From positions 24,162,697 through 24,226,696 of the forward strand of contig JAUZTB010000068.1 in NCBI GenBank assembly GCA_034780895.1: a stretch of DNA of 64,000 bases. Direction: 5' to 3'. This stretch comes from Rhynchobatus australiae. Lineage: Eukaryota. Below are positions 46,901 to 59,759 of the stretch, in pieces (the stretch's first letter is position 1; the number at the start of each line of letters is the position of its first letter). The notes below the pieces were generated by a model. It saw only the letters and a list, made by a program, of their open reading frames with translations. It was not told the origin of the DNA and made no database searches. The position numbers and the translations under genes are program-made.

Positions 46901-49699
46901 TGATACCAAGTTTAATTTGAAGATATCCCTCAATGTCTTGCAGTGTATTTCAACTTTGATACAAGTGATTACTATTAGTTAGGTGAAGGTGATTGCATTT
47001 TATAGCAGTCATTATAAACATTCAAGCATGCCCTTTTCTCAGATATGGTTTAATTTTATTTTGTCCTGTTGATATCCATTTTCTTCACTGATATTGTCTC
47101 CTCTTCAAATTCTTTGTCCCCTTTTCTTGAAAATAATCCCTTCTTTCCTNNNNNNNNNNNNNNNNNNNNNNNNNNNNNNNNNNNNNNNNNNNNNNNNNNN
47201 NNNNNNNNNNNNNNNNNNNNNNNNNNNNNNNNNNNNNNNNNNNNNNNNNNNNNNNNNNNNNNNNNNNNNNNNNNNNNNNNNNNNNNNNNNNNNNNNNNNN
47301 NNNNNNNNNNNNNNNNNNNNNNNNNNNNNNNNNNNNNNNNNNNNNNNNNNNNNNNNNNNNNNNNNNNNNNNNNNNNNNNNNNNNNNNNNNNNNNNNNNNN
47401 NNNNNNNNNNNNNNNNNNNNNNNNNNNNNNNNNNNNNNNNNNNNNNNNNNNNNNNNNNNNNNNNNNNNNNNNNNNNNNNNNNNNNNNNNNNNNNNNNNNN
47501 NNNNNNNNNNNNNNNNNNNNNNNNNNNNNNNNNNAAATCTATAGGATCATTTTTTTTGTAGAGCTCCTTGATTGTTCTCTGTAAGCTTCTCACCTACAGG
47601 CACAGTGGTTGGCAAGCCCAAGGTCAATCACATGGGAAGCCTGCTTCATAATACCAAAGACCATGAGATGTGAACACTTGGATGTACTGGGGAGCGGGAA
47701 TAGAGGGAGGGACTCCAGATTGTAAATTGTGGGGAACGGATTATGGATGGGTTAGGGGCGATTTGGGAACTGTGGTAGATATCCAAACCGAGTCAGTGAG
47801 TGTATCATGGGATGTTTGCGATCTGAGTGATTAGTAGACTGGGCATTGGCGGTTAAAAAATTCCAATAGCAGAGGAACATTCCTGTTTTGTTCAGGGTGT
47901 AATAGGACAGGAAGTGCTCAGTTGGTGATTGGAGAGCATTGGATTGTTATGGCTGTCCAATAGTGGCCAGGCATGCAGAATGACTGTCAGTGTCCCTGCT
48001 GATGGTTTAGAAAAGCAGCTGGGGTTCAGTGGGTGGGGGGGAAACATCATTGATGGTCAAAGTTGGAGCAGACAGATCATTAGGTGATGGATGGATTTAC
48101 TCTGTACATTGTTGGACTTTGAGTAAATGGATTCTTTTCTAGGCATACAGACCTTGCAACTAGCACCTCTTTAGTCCCCCTGAACTAATACCTGCAGAGT
48201 TTCCCCAAGCCTTTGAAACTCTCTGCTTGTGATTAAATATAGAATGACAGTTAAAATGAAGACAAGTAGCCTTATTATACTATTAAAATGACCAGTTAAC
48301 CTCCTGAAAGCAGTTTAGTCAATCACACCTATTTCATCTTACAAGGCTCAAGGGGGGTATAGTTCTGTTTACAGGTTTTGTACACTTTAGTCTCTGATTA
48401 TGGCTTTGGGATTAAGACCACCAATCCTCTTTGGTGGGCAACCTGTGGCTTTGCAATCTCAAATGCATAGGTGGTTCAGTGAACTAAAGTTAAAACTCCT
48501 GCACCAATGACTGGATCTGGGTTAGAAGGGAGACCCCTGTCACTGCCCCAGTGTCCTTGCAACTCTGCTGCCTCTCATTTTACCCATCAAAAAAATCCCA
48601 GATTTGGCATTGCAGAACTTGCACATTGTTAAAATATTGCACTTGATATATACAAAAAATATTGGATATTGGGTACAGCTTCAACTTAATCATTGACATT
48701 CATGAGCCACTGCTCTTCCAGGTAATTGGTTTGTACATCAGAACCCATTAAATTTAAACTTTTACAAAAAAAAATTGGCTTGTGTAATTGTCATCCTAAA
48801 ACATCAGAATACCTGGAATTCAATGAAAAAAATGCAATAAAACTTAGTCACTGTTAAAGTAGTGGCCTTTGTTATTGGCCTTAATTGAGATTTTTTTCCA
48901 GCTATTAATTTTTTTTGAATTTTCAGCTCTATTGAAGCTGTTCATCTGCTTTTCTCAGGTTTGAGTGGTGTGTGTGAATCATTAATTTTAAAAGATTAAG
49001 TGGATGGTTGAGGTTGCATCTTTGCCTGCAAGCAGTAAAAAAAAAAATTCCCTTGCATGTCATACTTTCCTTAGAATTGATCTGCTCAGCATGTCTAACT
49101 TCTTCTGACCTAGTGTTAAATCCTCTAAATACACATTAGTGACAGAAAATTGCATTGCAAATTGCAATATTTCTGTTCACTGAGTGATAGAATTTCATTG
49201 GAAAACAAAATGATGAATGACTGCATTAAGCTCAAAATTCCCTCAATGACCCAGACTCTCAAGCTGTCTTCACCTCTTTCTTGGGATAGAATAAATTGGG
49301 CACAAACCTGATTCTTCCAAGCATCAGTAGCTGAGTAAACAGTTGTGTTGGGATGAGATGGAGGCCACACAGAGCAGGACAAGCTGTTTAAAGAGGAATA
49401 GGAGAGGACAATTAACAGGACACCACATCAGTAAACAGCCTTTGGGGAACAGATCCTTAGAGATACTAACCTCCTGAGTATGTGTCTGGTGGTTTTCTGC
49501 CTTCGAGGATTTCCGTCTCCTCTCTCCAGCCTTTCACTGCAATATCAGAATTGTTTGCCCATGTTGCATCATTCTTCATAGCCTCTCAGGTCAGAGTTAC
49601 TCAGAGAATGTTATGTACCACTTGCTCCAAAAACTCTTTATACACATTGCAAGTTAACTTTCAGCAGTGGTAAACAGCAGAGGAATTCTGGGTGAATGC

Positions 49700-51340
49700 A
49701 GAAACTGTAGTTAATTAATTGTAATGTATTCCATGTGCCTGTTTTCAGAGCTAACTAATTTAACTCATACAACTCTTCATGAAACCAGGTATTCTGGGTA
49801 CCTTGTAACAACTTCTGCAATTTATCCTGCCAACATCAACAATTTATGTCCAGATGCCCCTGGATTTGTGTGTTCTGGCAGCCTCTAAAGTTTTACTACT
49901 TAGTTTACATTGCCACCCATTAATTTCCCAACAATGATTTAACAATTCTTTCAGTTAAATTTCATTCTCCATGTGTCTGCTCAATTCACCAGTCCACATC
50001 CTCCCAAGCTGTATGATACTCTGTGGTTTTCTTGACTCCTGAGTTTTGTATCAGCTGCCAAATTTGAAATTATGTCCTGATTACCCAAATCTGGCTGATT
50101 ATTATGAAACTAAGAGCACAGATCCCAGCGGCAACCCCTGGGAGACAACTCTACACAGAATAAAAATAAGAGCCCACTACCACTCACTGGATTTAGTCCC
50201 TTGTTCAACATTGACTTATGAAGCCAATATCCCACTTAATCCCATGAGTTTAAATTTTACCATTGCATTATACAGCATCCAGCTAATGCTCTAATACTTG
50301 AGCAAACTCATCCCCCTTTCCTTCACATAGAAATTCCCATTGAATAGTAGACTGGGGATGAGAAAAATTCCTATATACCATTCCCAAAAAGTGCTTAAGA
50401 AAGCAAATAGTTCCCCCCCNNNNNNNNNNGGAGGGAGAAGGGGGAAGCAGGAAAAAAAAACAAAATTCTCCACTAGTGGCTCAGTAAAGAAAAAAGGTTG
50501 TTTGGAACATCTAATCAACCAGTCACACATTTGATTTGAATCTGCCAATTTACCTTAATGAGAATGTACAAATAACTTAAGAATTGTAGAGCTGAGCCAA
50601 GAGAAATAAATTACAAGAAATTCTGGTCCTAATGGCTATCTGATCACTTCCATCCCAGGAGATCCAAAGGATAGAAACTTATTTTTGCTCACTGAAGATA
50701 AATACATGATATAGCAGCAGCCACGCATTATATTTTTCTATTGAAATTTGGTCCTGTTGAAGTCAATGGAATCGAATTAACGAAGTAGAATGGAACATTC
50801 ACCCACTACTNNNNNNNNNNNNNNNNNNNNNNNNNNNNNNNNNNNNNNNNNNNNNNNNNNNNNNNNNNNNNNNNNNNNNNNNNNNNNNNNNNNNNNNACT
50901 TTTGTAAAGGTGTCAAGGCCTCAGAGAAACCAGACAGCAATAAGGTAGTAGCACTGTTTGGAGAGTTTGGGATGCTGGTGTTCTGTTCAGAGCAACAATA
51001 GTTAAGAGGACATTAGAAGAAGGTGTTCCAAGTACTTCTGGCAGAATAAGTGAGGAAATGCTTTCATGTATTGAGAGTCATTAACTAGTTAGCATTAATT
51101 TTTGGGATTGAATAAGGGAATCAGAGGGAAAAAAGTGAACACTGCATGTTATTAGGATTAGGAATCCACTCTCCCAAGACTGGGAAAAGCAGATTCAGTA
51201 ATAACTTCCAAAAGTGAATTGGAAAAATTTACATAGATAAAGGGAATGAACAGGGAAGTGGCACTAATTGCTTTGCTTCTTGAAAGTGTTCATGCAGGCA
51301 TAATGTGGTAAAAGGCCCCTTCTATGCTGCATTATTCTTT
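49700..51340. mobile_element. Decayed CR1 fragments (minus ~49.7-50.3 kb; plus ~50.9-51.3 kb)
   Basis: ttttgtatcagctgccaaattt (reverse FADD motif); gttaagaggagacattagaagaaggtgttc. Confidence 0.5.
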
Positions 51341-52449
51341 GTTTCTACAACAGGGAGATTGACAGCTGTCTTACATTGCAGTAAAGGTGTTCTCTGCCTG
51401 CCCACCACAATTCACACAGATGCATGTCTGCACAGATTTCAATATATCCTGGCTTGGCAGCTTACTAATGCAGGTGGAGGTCTAGAAGGAACCCAAGACT
51501 GAAAGCTTGATGCCACAACTAAGATGTGTGAATACCTGGCCTACTGCAATGTTGGATGCTATCTGGGAAACTGCCTAATCAATTTTTAGCCACCTACACT
51601 TGAAGACAGCAATGTTGCAAGCTTCTATCGACATGAGGTATGTCAGAATCCCACACAAGCAGCCTTCCAAATAATGGATGTCACAAGCAATTTGGGAGTT
51701 ACAAATGAGCACAAACCTGCCCACATTGAATGCAACACATTGAATACTTATTCAGGAGTCAAAATTTTCTGTTAACTTTCCCCCCAGTTTCATGCTCTTT
51801 CTACTGTCAGTTGTGGTTCATTTGGTAATGCTCTTTGTCTCCCAGTCCAAAGCATCAAATGCATAAAATCTAAGCTTAAATTCCAGTGCAATATTGAGGA
51901 ACCAGAGACTACTGGGTGCGATCTAGCCTACAGGAAATTTCTACATCAGGTGCATGTGGGATGATGCAATTCCCATGCAATGCTTCTTTTAGAGCATGGC
52001 AGGGGAGATTGGACCAAGTTGTTCTGTGGTACAAGTTACAGAGCACTCCTCAAGGACAACCTGGTCCTTATACCACAGAACTTAGAGACCTGCAAAGTGA
52101 GCAAGTTATCTATCTACATTCTGAGACCTCCTTGGTACACTTCATCAGCTCTATTCCCACGCAACCTGCTCCATCCCAGATCTCAAATCCCAAACCGAAC
52201 TGTTAATCTATGCCCCCCGCCAGCTCTTAAAAATAGCTACTTGCTGCTTGTCCTCATCTTTGCCCACAACCATTTGTCAGTCTTCCATACCTTGATGCCC
52301 CAACAGTGTGCAAGCCTTTCGTTTCCCCACCCCACCCCCCAAAATCCAAAGGTAAAGTGCTTAATCTTCTGAATCCCCAGCAGTCTGCAGGCCTTCAATG
52401 CCCTCAATCCCCCAAAAATCTGCATTTTTTTCTGCTTCCAATTCTTACT

Positions 52450-54000
52450 TCAAATTCTGGGCTTTGAAGTCTACTTATGACACATTCTCAAACTTGAGAT
52501 GGTACAAGATCTTTTGCCTTCCATTGCCTGATTTACACAGTACTCACAGGTAAATTATCCAGGTGATCCATCATCAACACTTGGCCCTTTATTCCTTCAT
52601 CAGCAGTTATCTCAGGCACAGGAAGGAAGCTGAGTGTGTTGCAGTTTCCATGCTATTTCATTGTTTTGAAATCAATAGTACTTGTGTTCATTTGCTCTGA
52701 AGGTCAAAGCCCAGCTTCAAACTCTTGTGGAAACTATTTGAAGGCATTGGTTTCATTTCATTGAGCAGGGAACTCATCTGGTCTGTGTAAATGGTGGCAA
52801 GATGTCCATAAATCAACTTATGGAAGATGACAGTTAAACTTTTACCCAGCTTTCTGTTTGCTGCTGTCAGCATTCTGAACATAAACCCTGTCAGCTTTGC
52901 TGACCCATCTTCTATTCAATGGAACGACATAGCACCAACACTGAATGGTGGTGTGTCCCAGGATAAGGTTTACTTTCCATCTGGTGTGTAGTGGTCTAGC
53001 ACATCTGCAGGGTGTAGCAATTTTTTGCAATGCACAAAATTTTATTCTTGAGCTTCAGTCCACCTCCTTTTGAAGAAGTTGATGCAATGGAGCAAAGAGC
53101 ACTGCTACCTTGGCAGTAATTTGCTATAATGGTTCAACAATCCCAGATATACCTTCTGCTCAGTTACATTAGATGGAATAGGATCATTGATAATTACTTT
53201 TACTCCTTGAACTGGATGGAGTCTTTTAGCATCCATAGTGTCCCAAGCAATTTACTTTATTCACCAAGACTTCTTTAAATAGAGGCCTGCCTTTCCTAGT
53301 CTGCTCAATATTTCTTCCAGGTTCTTTTCCTCGAGGCCTCCAAAGCCAGGATATTATCCAAATGTGCAGTGACTCTGAGAACACCCTGCAGTAACCCCTC
53401 AAAGGGTACTCTGACAGGTAGCTGCTGCTAATGAAACACTGAAGGGTTATTGTTTATGTGAACAAGCCCTTGCATGAGTTGACAGTCAAAAACCTATGAG
53501 ACTAATCCTCTAATGAAATTTGTTAATATCACACAACCCATATCCAAAAGTAAACTGCTGTCCTTCCCATACAACTGCAAAGAAATCTTCTATTCTGGGA
53601 ACAGAATAGTGTTTTAGGGATGAGACTTGAATAACAGTCTATTTTTCATCTCCATAAATCCTGATGAATCAATCGTGCTCTAACTCTGGCACAATGGGTG
53701 ATACCCAGAGAACTTAATGGAAGTTCAACTATTTTCTGTCTGAGAACCCTGCCCATTACTGCCTCCAACTTTGGTTTTATTGCACAAGGCACAGGTTTGG
53801 AGACCCATAATGAAGTGTTGCAATCAAGATGAATTTGGCTTGGGTGTCCTTCAATGTGCCCACCTTATCAATTCACCTTTGAAAATATCTTCATGTCTCC
53901 CTCATACCTCGCAAAATGTTCCAGCTGTCATAACAAAATGAATGCTCCTCTAATCCAGAATTTCTTTCAGTTAGCTCCCTCCCAACAGGTCCAGAGCCTG
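52450..54000 (-). mobile_element. Decayed Gypsy/Ty3 LTR-retrotransposon pol (RT-RNase H)
   Basis: Minus-strand reading with frameshifts: EGLLQGVLRVTAHLDNIL (YxDD), NLEEILSRLGKAG, PSNVTEQKVYLGLLNHYSK, FAPLHQLLQK, EDGSAKLTGFMFRMLTAA, FHKLIYGHLATIYTD, HGNCNTLSFLP. Confidence 0.8.
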
Positions 54001-54819
54001 CAACAAGTACCAGTGCTGAGGTTTTAACCTGCCTTTACTGTTTCACTGTCATGCCAGCAACACTAATCACTTCAATGTGTTCACTTCTGTAGGTGTTCAG
54101 GTTTAGCAGCCCCTTTTTAAATTTAAGAGATAGTGTAGTACTTATGCATAATACACCTGGTTCACCCATATAACACCTCACCCAGTGTCAAACTCAAATG
54201 CCACACTCTCCCGAAACTAGTTGTTTAAATGTTTACCAATCTCTAGATCGAATATATTCAAATGACTACACATTCACAATTCCCTGAGGTAAAGAATTCC
54301 AAAGATTCCAAGATAGTGGATCCTTCTCATGACCTCTTGGCAATATTGTTGTTAAATATCACTATATACTTTTAGAACAGACATGTTATTGTTCCACAGT
54401 GAAGCCTACTTTTCTTCATTTCGCAGTACTTACCACTAAAACCACCAACATTTAAATTGGACCAAGATTTTAAATTCATTGTGCTTGCTGTTTTCAGCAG
54501 GGAAAAGTTGCTCAAAAAATGTCCTCTGGACTAGATTCAGGATGGTCTCGTGACTCCAGCTCTCAGAGTACCTTTTCTTCTCATGGTCCTGGACTACAAC
54601 TCACAGCTGGTGGACTAGTCCCTCCATTCCCACTGCTAGACTAACTACTCCATTCCTGCTGCCACACCGGTCTCTTCACTCCTGTTTAGACTGACTTGCC
54701 TACTCCCTCTGCAGGACTGGCAACATTCCAAGTCTCATACAAGCCCTCTTGTCCCACGTGCTGATCTGCCCTCCACTTGCTGCCGCCAGACTCCCACTTC
54801 TCGCTGTGGTCCACTTATG

Positions 54820-56350
54820 AGCATACATACAAACTCGGGGCAGAAACAGACCACTCAGCCCCTTGAGCTAATTCCATCATTTAATAAAATCATGGTTAAT
54901 TCAACTGTTACCTCAACTTTATCCCTAGTAACCTGTCATCCTGTTGCTTATCAAAAATCTGTCCAACTCTGGCTTAAAAGTTTGAGGAAGAGAATTCCAA
55001 AGACTCACAATCTGAGAGAAACATCTTCACCACATCTCCATCTTAAATGGGCTACTCTTTTCTTTAAAAAAAATGGTGATCTATAGTTCAAGAGTCCAGT
55101 GGACTCAAGCCTAGCTTGTTCAACNNNNNNNNNNNNNNNNNNNNNNNNNNNNNNNNNNNNNNNNNNNNNNNNNNNNNNNNNNNNNNNNNNNNNNNNNNNN
55201 NNNNNNNNNNNNNNNNNNNNNNNNAAAGGGACACCAGCCTAGCTTGTTCAACCTTTCTGCAGAAGACAACCTGCTCATCAATGTATCAGCTGAGTTGACC
55301 TTCTCTGAACTCTTTGCAGCACATTTTACATCCTTCCTTAAAAGGAACCAATACTCTGCATGTGGTCTAACTAACTGTAGCATAAAGTCCGCACTTTTGT
55401 ATTCAACTCTTTTGGCAATAAAGATAATATTTTTCCAAATTACAATATCCATTTACTGGCATTTTGCAAAAACAGATGAACTCCTGCTTTTTGTTAGCCA
55501 TCTAATGTTCTGTCCATGTCAATATTTTAACCTCCTGTATGATAAGCTTTAGTTTTCAGTAAACTATATATATATTTTTTTTAAACAGCACCTTATCAAA
55601 TGCCTTCAGGAAATCAAAGTACAATGCATCTATTGGTTTTCTTTCATCCACAGCATGTTCATTTAAAAGTGAATTCCAACAAAATAGTCATGATTTCCCT
55701 TATACAAAACCACTTGGACTTTACCTGATTACCTTGGATTTTAAGAAATCTGCTATAACGTCATTCATAATAGATTCTAGCATTTACCTCATGATAGATG
55801 TTAAGCTAACTGGCCTGTACTTTCCTGATTTCTGTCTCCCTCCCTTTCAGAATAATAGTTAATTTTGCTTTATCCCCCCATTGTAGTTGAACATTCCCTG
55901 AATGTAGAGAATTTTGGAAAATTAAACCGACACACGAGCTATCACACTTTTCTTCAGACCCATCAGGACTCGAGACTGGTCAGGCAGCTCCAACAATTTG
56001 CTCAGTCCTGCTGAATCTTTGTGATTTCCCAGAGTTCCTTGCTTCCTTCTCATTTACAGCTATTTTGGGGATGTTTAGTTGTATCCTTCGTGGGAAATAC
56101 CCATTTAATTTATCTACCATCTCCCTATTTTCCATTGTTAATTTATCAAACTCACTTTCCATGGGACCATCTCTCACTTTGTTATTTCTTTGTAATTTTA
56201 AACACCTGTGGAAGCTCTTACTATTGTTTTTTAAAATCTTTCTGGATAGCTTCATCTTGGACTTTTCCTTCTGGCATGAATCTATACTATGTATTCTAAA
56301 CTATCTTCTTAAATATCTGCCACTGCTTGTCAATTGACTGATTTATTAAC
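54820..56350 (-). mobile_element. Decayed CR1 LINE (ORF2 fragments)
   Basis: KNNSKSFHR..., ENREMVDKLNGYF, KRVEYKS..MLQL.VRPHAEY motifs. Confidence 0.75.
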
Positions 56351-59300
56351 CTAATTTGAGTTCACTTTTGCTAGCTGTGTGTTTGGATAGGAAGATATGC
56401 CATTAAATGATGATCCTCTAGATACGACATGATAGATCAGAACAGAACCAGGTGAATGGAATGCCACCCAGTTGAACAACAATGGGCAGCACTGATCAGA
56501 TTTGTGAATGGTCCATGAACACTACTTTGTTATTCTTTTTTTGCTCTATTTAGTTATTTTTGTAATTTAACATAGTGTCTTTGCACTTTTCTACTGTTAT
56601 AAAACAACAAATTTCATGCCAAACAAGTCAGTGCTAATACATCAGATTCTGATTGAAGAAGAATGGTGTGGTCAACTCTGCCAAGATAGGTTGAGAATGA
56701 TAAGGAATTTCCTCCATCACATTCCTAATAATAATAGTCATTAATAACCTTGAGATCAATGGTAGGGATAAAAATCTGATTGGAAGAATTCAAACGAAGA
56801 AATTGAAGAAAGATTGGCAAAGGATTTGAAAGGCTATAACAGTTTCAAGAGTTTTAGAAGGACAATGGAAGTTGGAGATGGCATAGTAATTTACAAAGGT
56901 TTAGTAGCAAGGGGAAACAATTTTTTTGTTGAAGGGGTAACAATGGTGGATTTGAAAGAGTGGGTGGGATGGTGAATGGAGAAAGTGAGCCGTTGACAGG
57001 ATTAGTTAACTCCAGGGCTAGGAAGGGAATTTGAATGTCAATAGCTCTGCAGGGTTAGGATTGAGGGAGCTGGAAATCATTATAATGGACTAGATGAACT
57101 TCAAGGGATAGACAATAGGGAAAGATGCAAGTTCAATGGTAGAGCTCAAGTGAACCTGAGAAGTTTGGTGGATGGCTTTGGGTAAAGGAAGGAAATGGCC
57201 TTGCTCTTACTGATGGAAAAAATCCATGACCTCCTTACAATTATAGCTGGAGGTGAAAGTGGAAGAAAAGGGGAGGAAGGGTTTAGGAAGATAATTTGGA
57301 GGAGAAAAAAAAAAGTGGCCAAGTGATGTTTTCAATGGTCAAGGACATCAAAATGGTTGAGCAGATCAGTTGTAGAAAATTTGTTGTGAATGAAGGACAA
57401 AAAAATGCTAAGTTCTTTTTTAAAAATAAACAATGAATATTGTGCAATCTACCCTTTTCTTAAGGTTACACTTCACTGGATCACACAAGAAACAAAAAGG
57501 TTTGCCTCTAGCATCATATGCAAATATTATACATTCAATACAAATCAAACTGACAGGCAATATACAATTTTAAAGTAAATGAAGGGAAAAAACATGTGTT
57601 CTCAGTTGAAGGTGGCAAGATTTGTTGATATGACTATTAAGAAAACAGCTGGGATCCTTGGCTTTCTAAATAGAAATACAGAGCACTAAAGCAAGATATT
57701 ATGCTGGATCCTTATGAGCCAATGGTTAGATTCGAAGTAGTAACAGTTCTTTTGTTTAATTTTCTCAGAACGAAGAAACACTATTCGAGTGAGTTAGTGA
57801 TGTTTTGGTACTGTTCAGCATCCCCGGTTCCCAGTCCACTTGGAGAAGGGGAGATGTTACTGGTTTCTCAGAGTAGCTGTGCCTCATGCTGCAATCTTGG
57901 AATATGTGATGCTGGTATAATATTTATCATCTTGCAGACCAGGAAGAGAATGACAGATGTGTGCACAAGCTTTTCACTTGGATGAGAACAGACTGAACAA
58001 GAATTAACAGTTATGTGCAAGTGTTACATCTGCATGCAAGTAGAATGTTCCAGTCCGGAGGTTTAAATTCCAACTAAGGAAAGAATAACTTAAATCCAAA
58101 CTAATCTGAGAATTGGTCTCCCCTGCTGAGCATCAATACCATTTTCAGAACTGGGAAATTCAATGTCTATATCATGATAGTAAATGGACACCAGTAAACG
58201 TGCCTCAAAGTGAAAAAGATAACAAGAAACAAAAACTTCCAGTCTCAAGTTTATCCAGGGAGAAAGAAGAAATGAAGGTACAAGTTTGAACCTCAAAATT
58301 GCACAACAAAACCAGTTTTCACTTTTTAAACAAAGAGCATTTTAATGTTTAATGGGGAGAAAAGCAAATGGTAGGGGGAATTGAAAATACAAGTGGTTCT
58401 TAAGTTACCACAGATTGATCAGGACACAACTTTTATCTCTGAGAGAGAACATTTAACAAAACTAATAGATTTGCCTAGCACAGAGGTAGTCTGTAGCATA
58501 TATTAACTGCAAAAATTAGCTATGCTTAACTTAGTCTGCCTCCCTTATAGGTCAATATTAAAATAATTCTTCTGGGAAAACAGCTTAATTAGGCAAATTG
58601 TGGTAGATGCTTGTGAACATAGAGTTAATTGCATCTGCTAATAAATTTCTGCTTTCAGGTTGAAAGAGTCCATCNNNNNNNNNNCAAATAGTGAATGGGT
58701 GATTACAAAAAAAATGTTTCTGTACAGCATTTGAAGGTAATGGATCCACACTGGATGCAAGACATAACCACACCAACACATGCACAGGTTTACTGTTTGA
58801 CCAATGGAGTTAAGCCATGCTCTAAGAAGCAGGATTATCATTGTTCCACATTGTTTGATTTTCATATCCCTCAATGAAATTTAATGTATCGTCAGTCTAA
58901 TGTTCTCAGTAGTTGATGTTAGAGGTGTCTATTCCTTGAAATAAAGATAGATGTTAACTTTTGGGTGAATGAACAGTTGAGTGAACCAGCAGACCATCCA
59001 TATATTTATATTCTACCCCATAATGTTTTGCAGCAGGGTCATTTGACATTTCCACTGAAATCAAATATGGGGAAATAAAAATCAGGAAAATGTAAAGTGG
59101 TTGTTGAATTATAATCACTGATTTAATATTATTGCACGAACTCTAGAGCTAGATGCAATAGGAATCATTTGATCATTTCACCTGAAGAAATTCAATGTTA
59201 ATTTCACCTGAAGAAACATTCAGTTCACTGCTCAAATGCAAAAGAAGAATTGCTTTTACCAAATGTATGGAGTTGGGAGTTTGAGACAATTGCACATTCT

Positions 59301-59759
59301 GAAATCACCATTGAATGAGACAAATGAATTATTTTTGTTCAGCAGTTACTCCATTTAACACCGCACAAGCTTCAATTTAAAAGTGTAGTTCACCAATCTA
59401 CAGCTTTTGAAAATTCAAGCCAAGAAAATAATCTGTGTTGACTTTATTATGACAAGGAGTATCATTCTGAGCAAAATCTGTTACCATTGTATTTCCTACT
59501 TTTGAATGGATAAGCATTCTTTCTGCCAATTTTTAGGAATTGTCATTAAGTTGTTTGAGAAGCAAAATCTTTCCCATCTTTGTTCATGGATCCCAGCATA
59601 AATCATTAACATCAGGAGTCCTCTCTGCACATTTTCTGTTTCTGCTCCTTTCTTTATTCACTTTCTTTGAAATACTAAGCACATTTAAAATGATTGAAAC
59701 ATTTTTGATGCCTTCTTTGTTTTGTTCCAGCTGACACAGTTTTGCAACATGTGTTTCAC

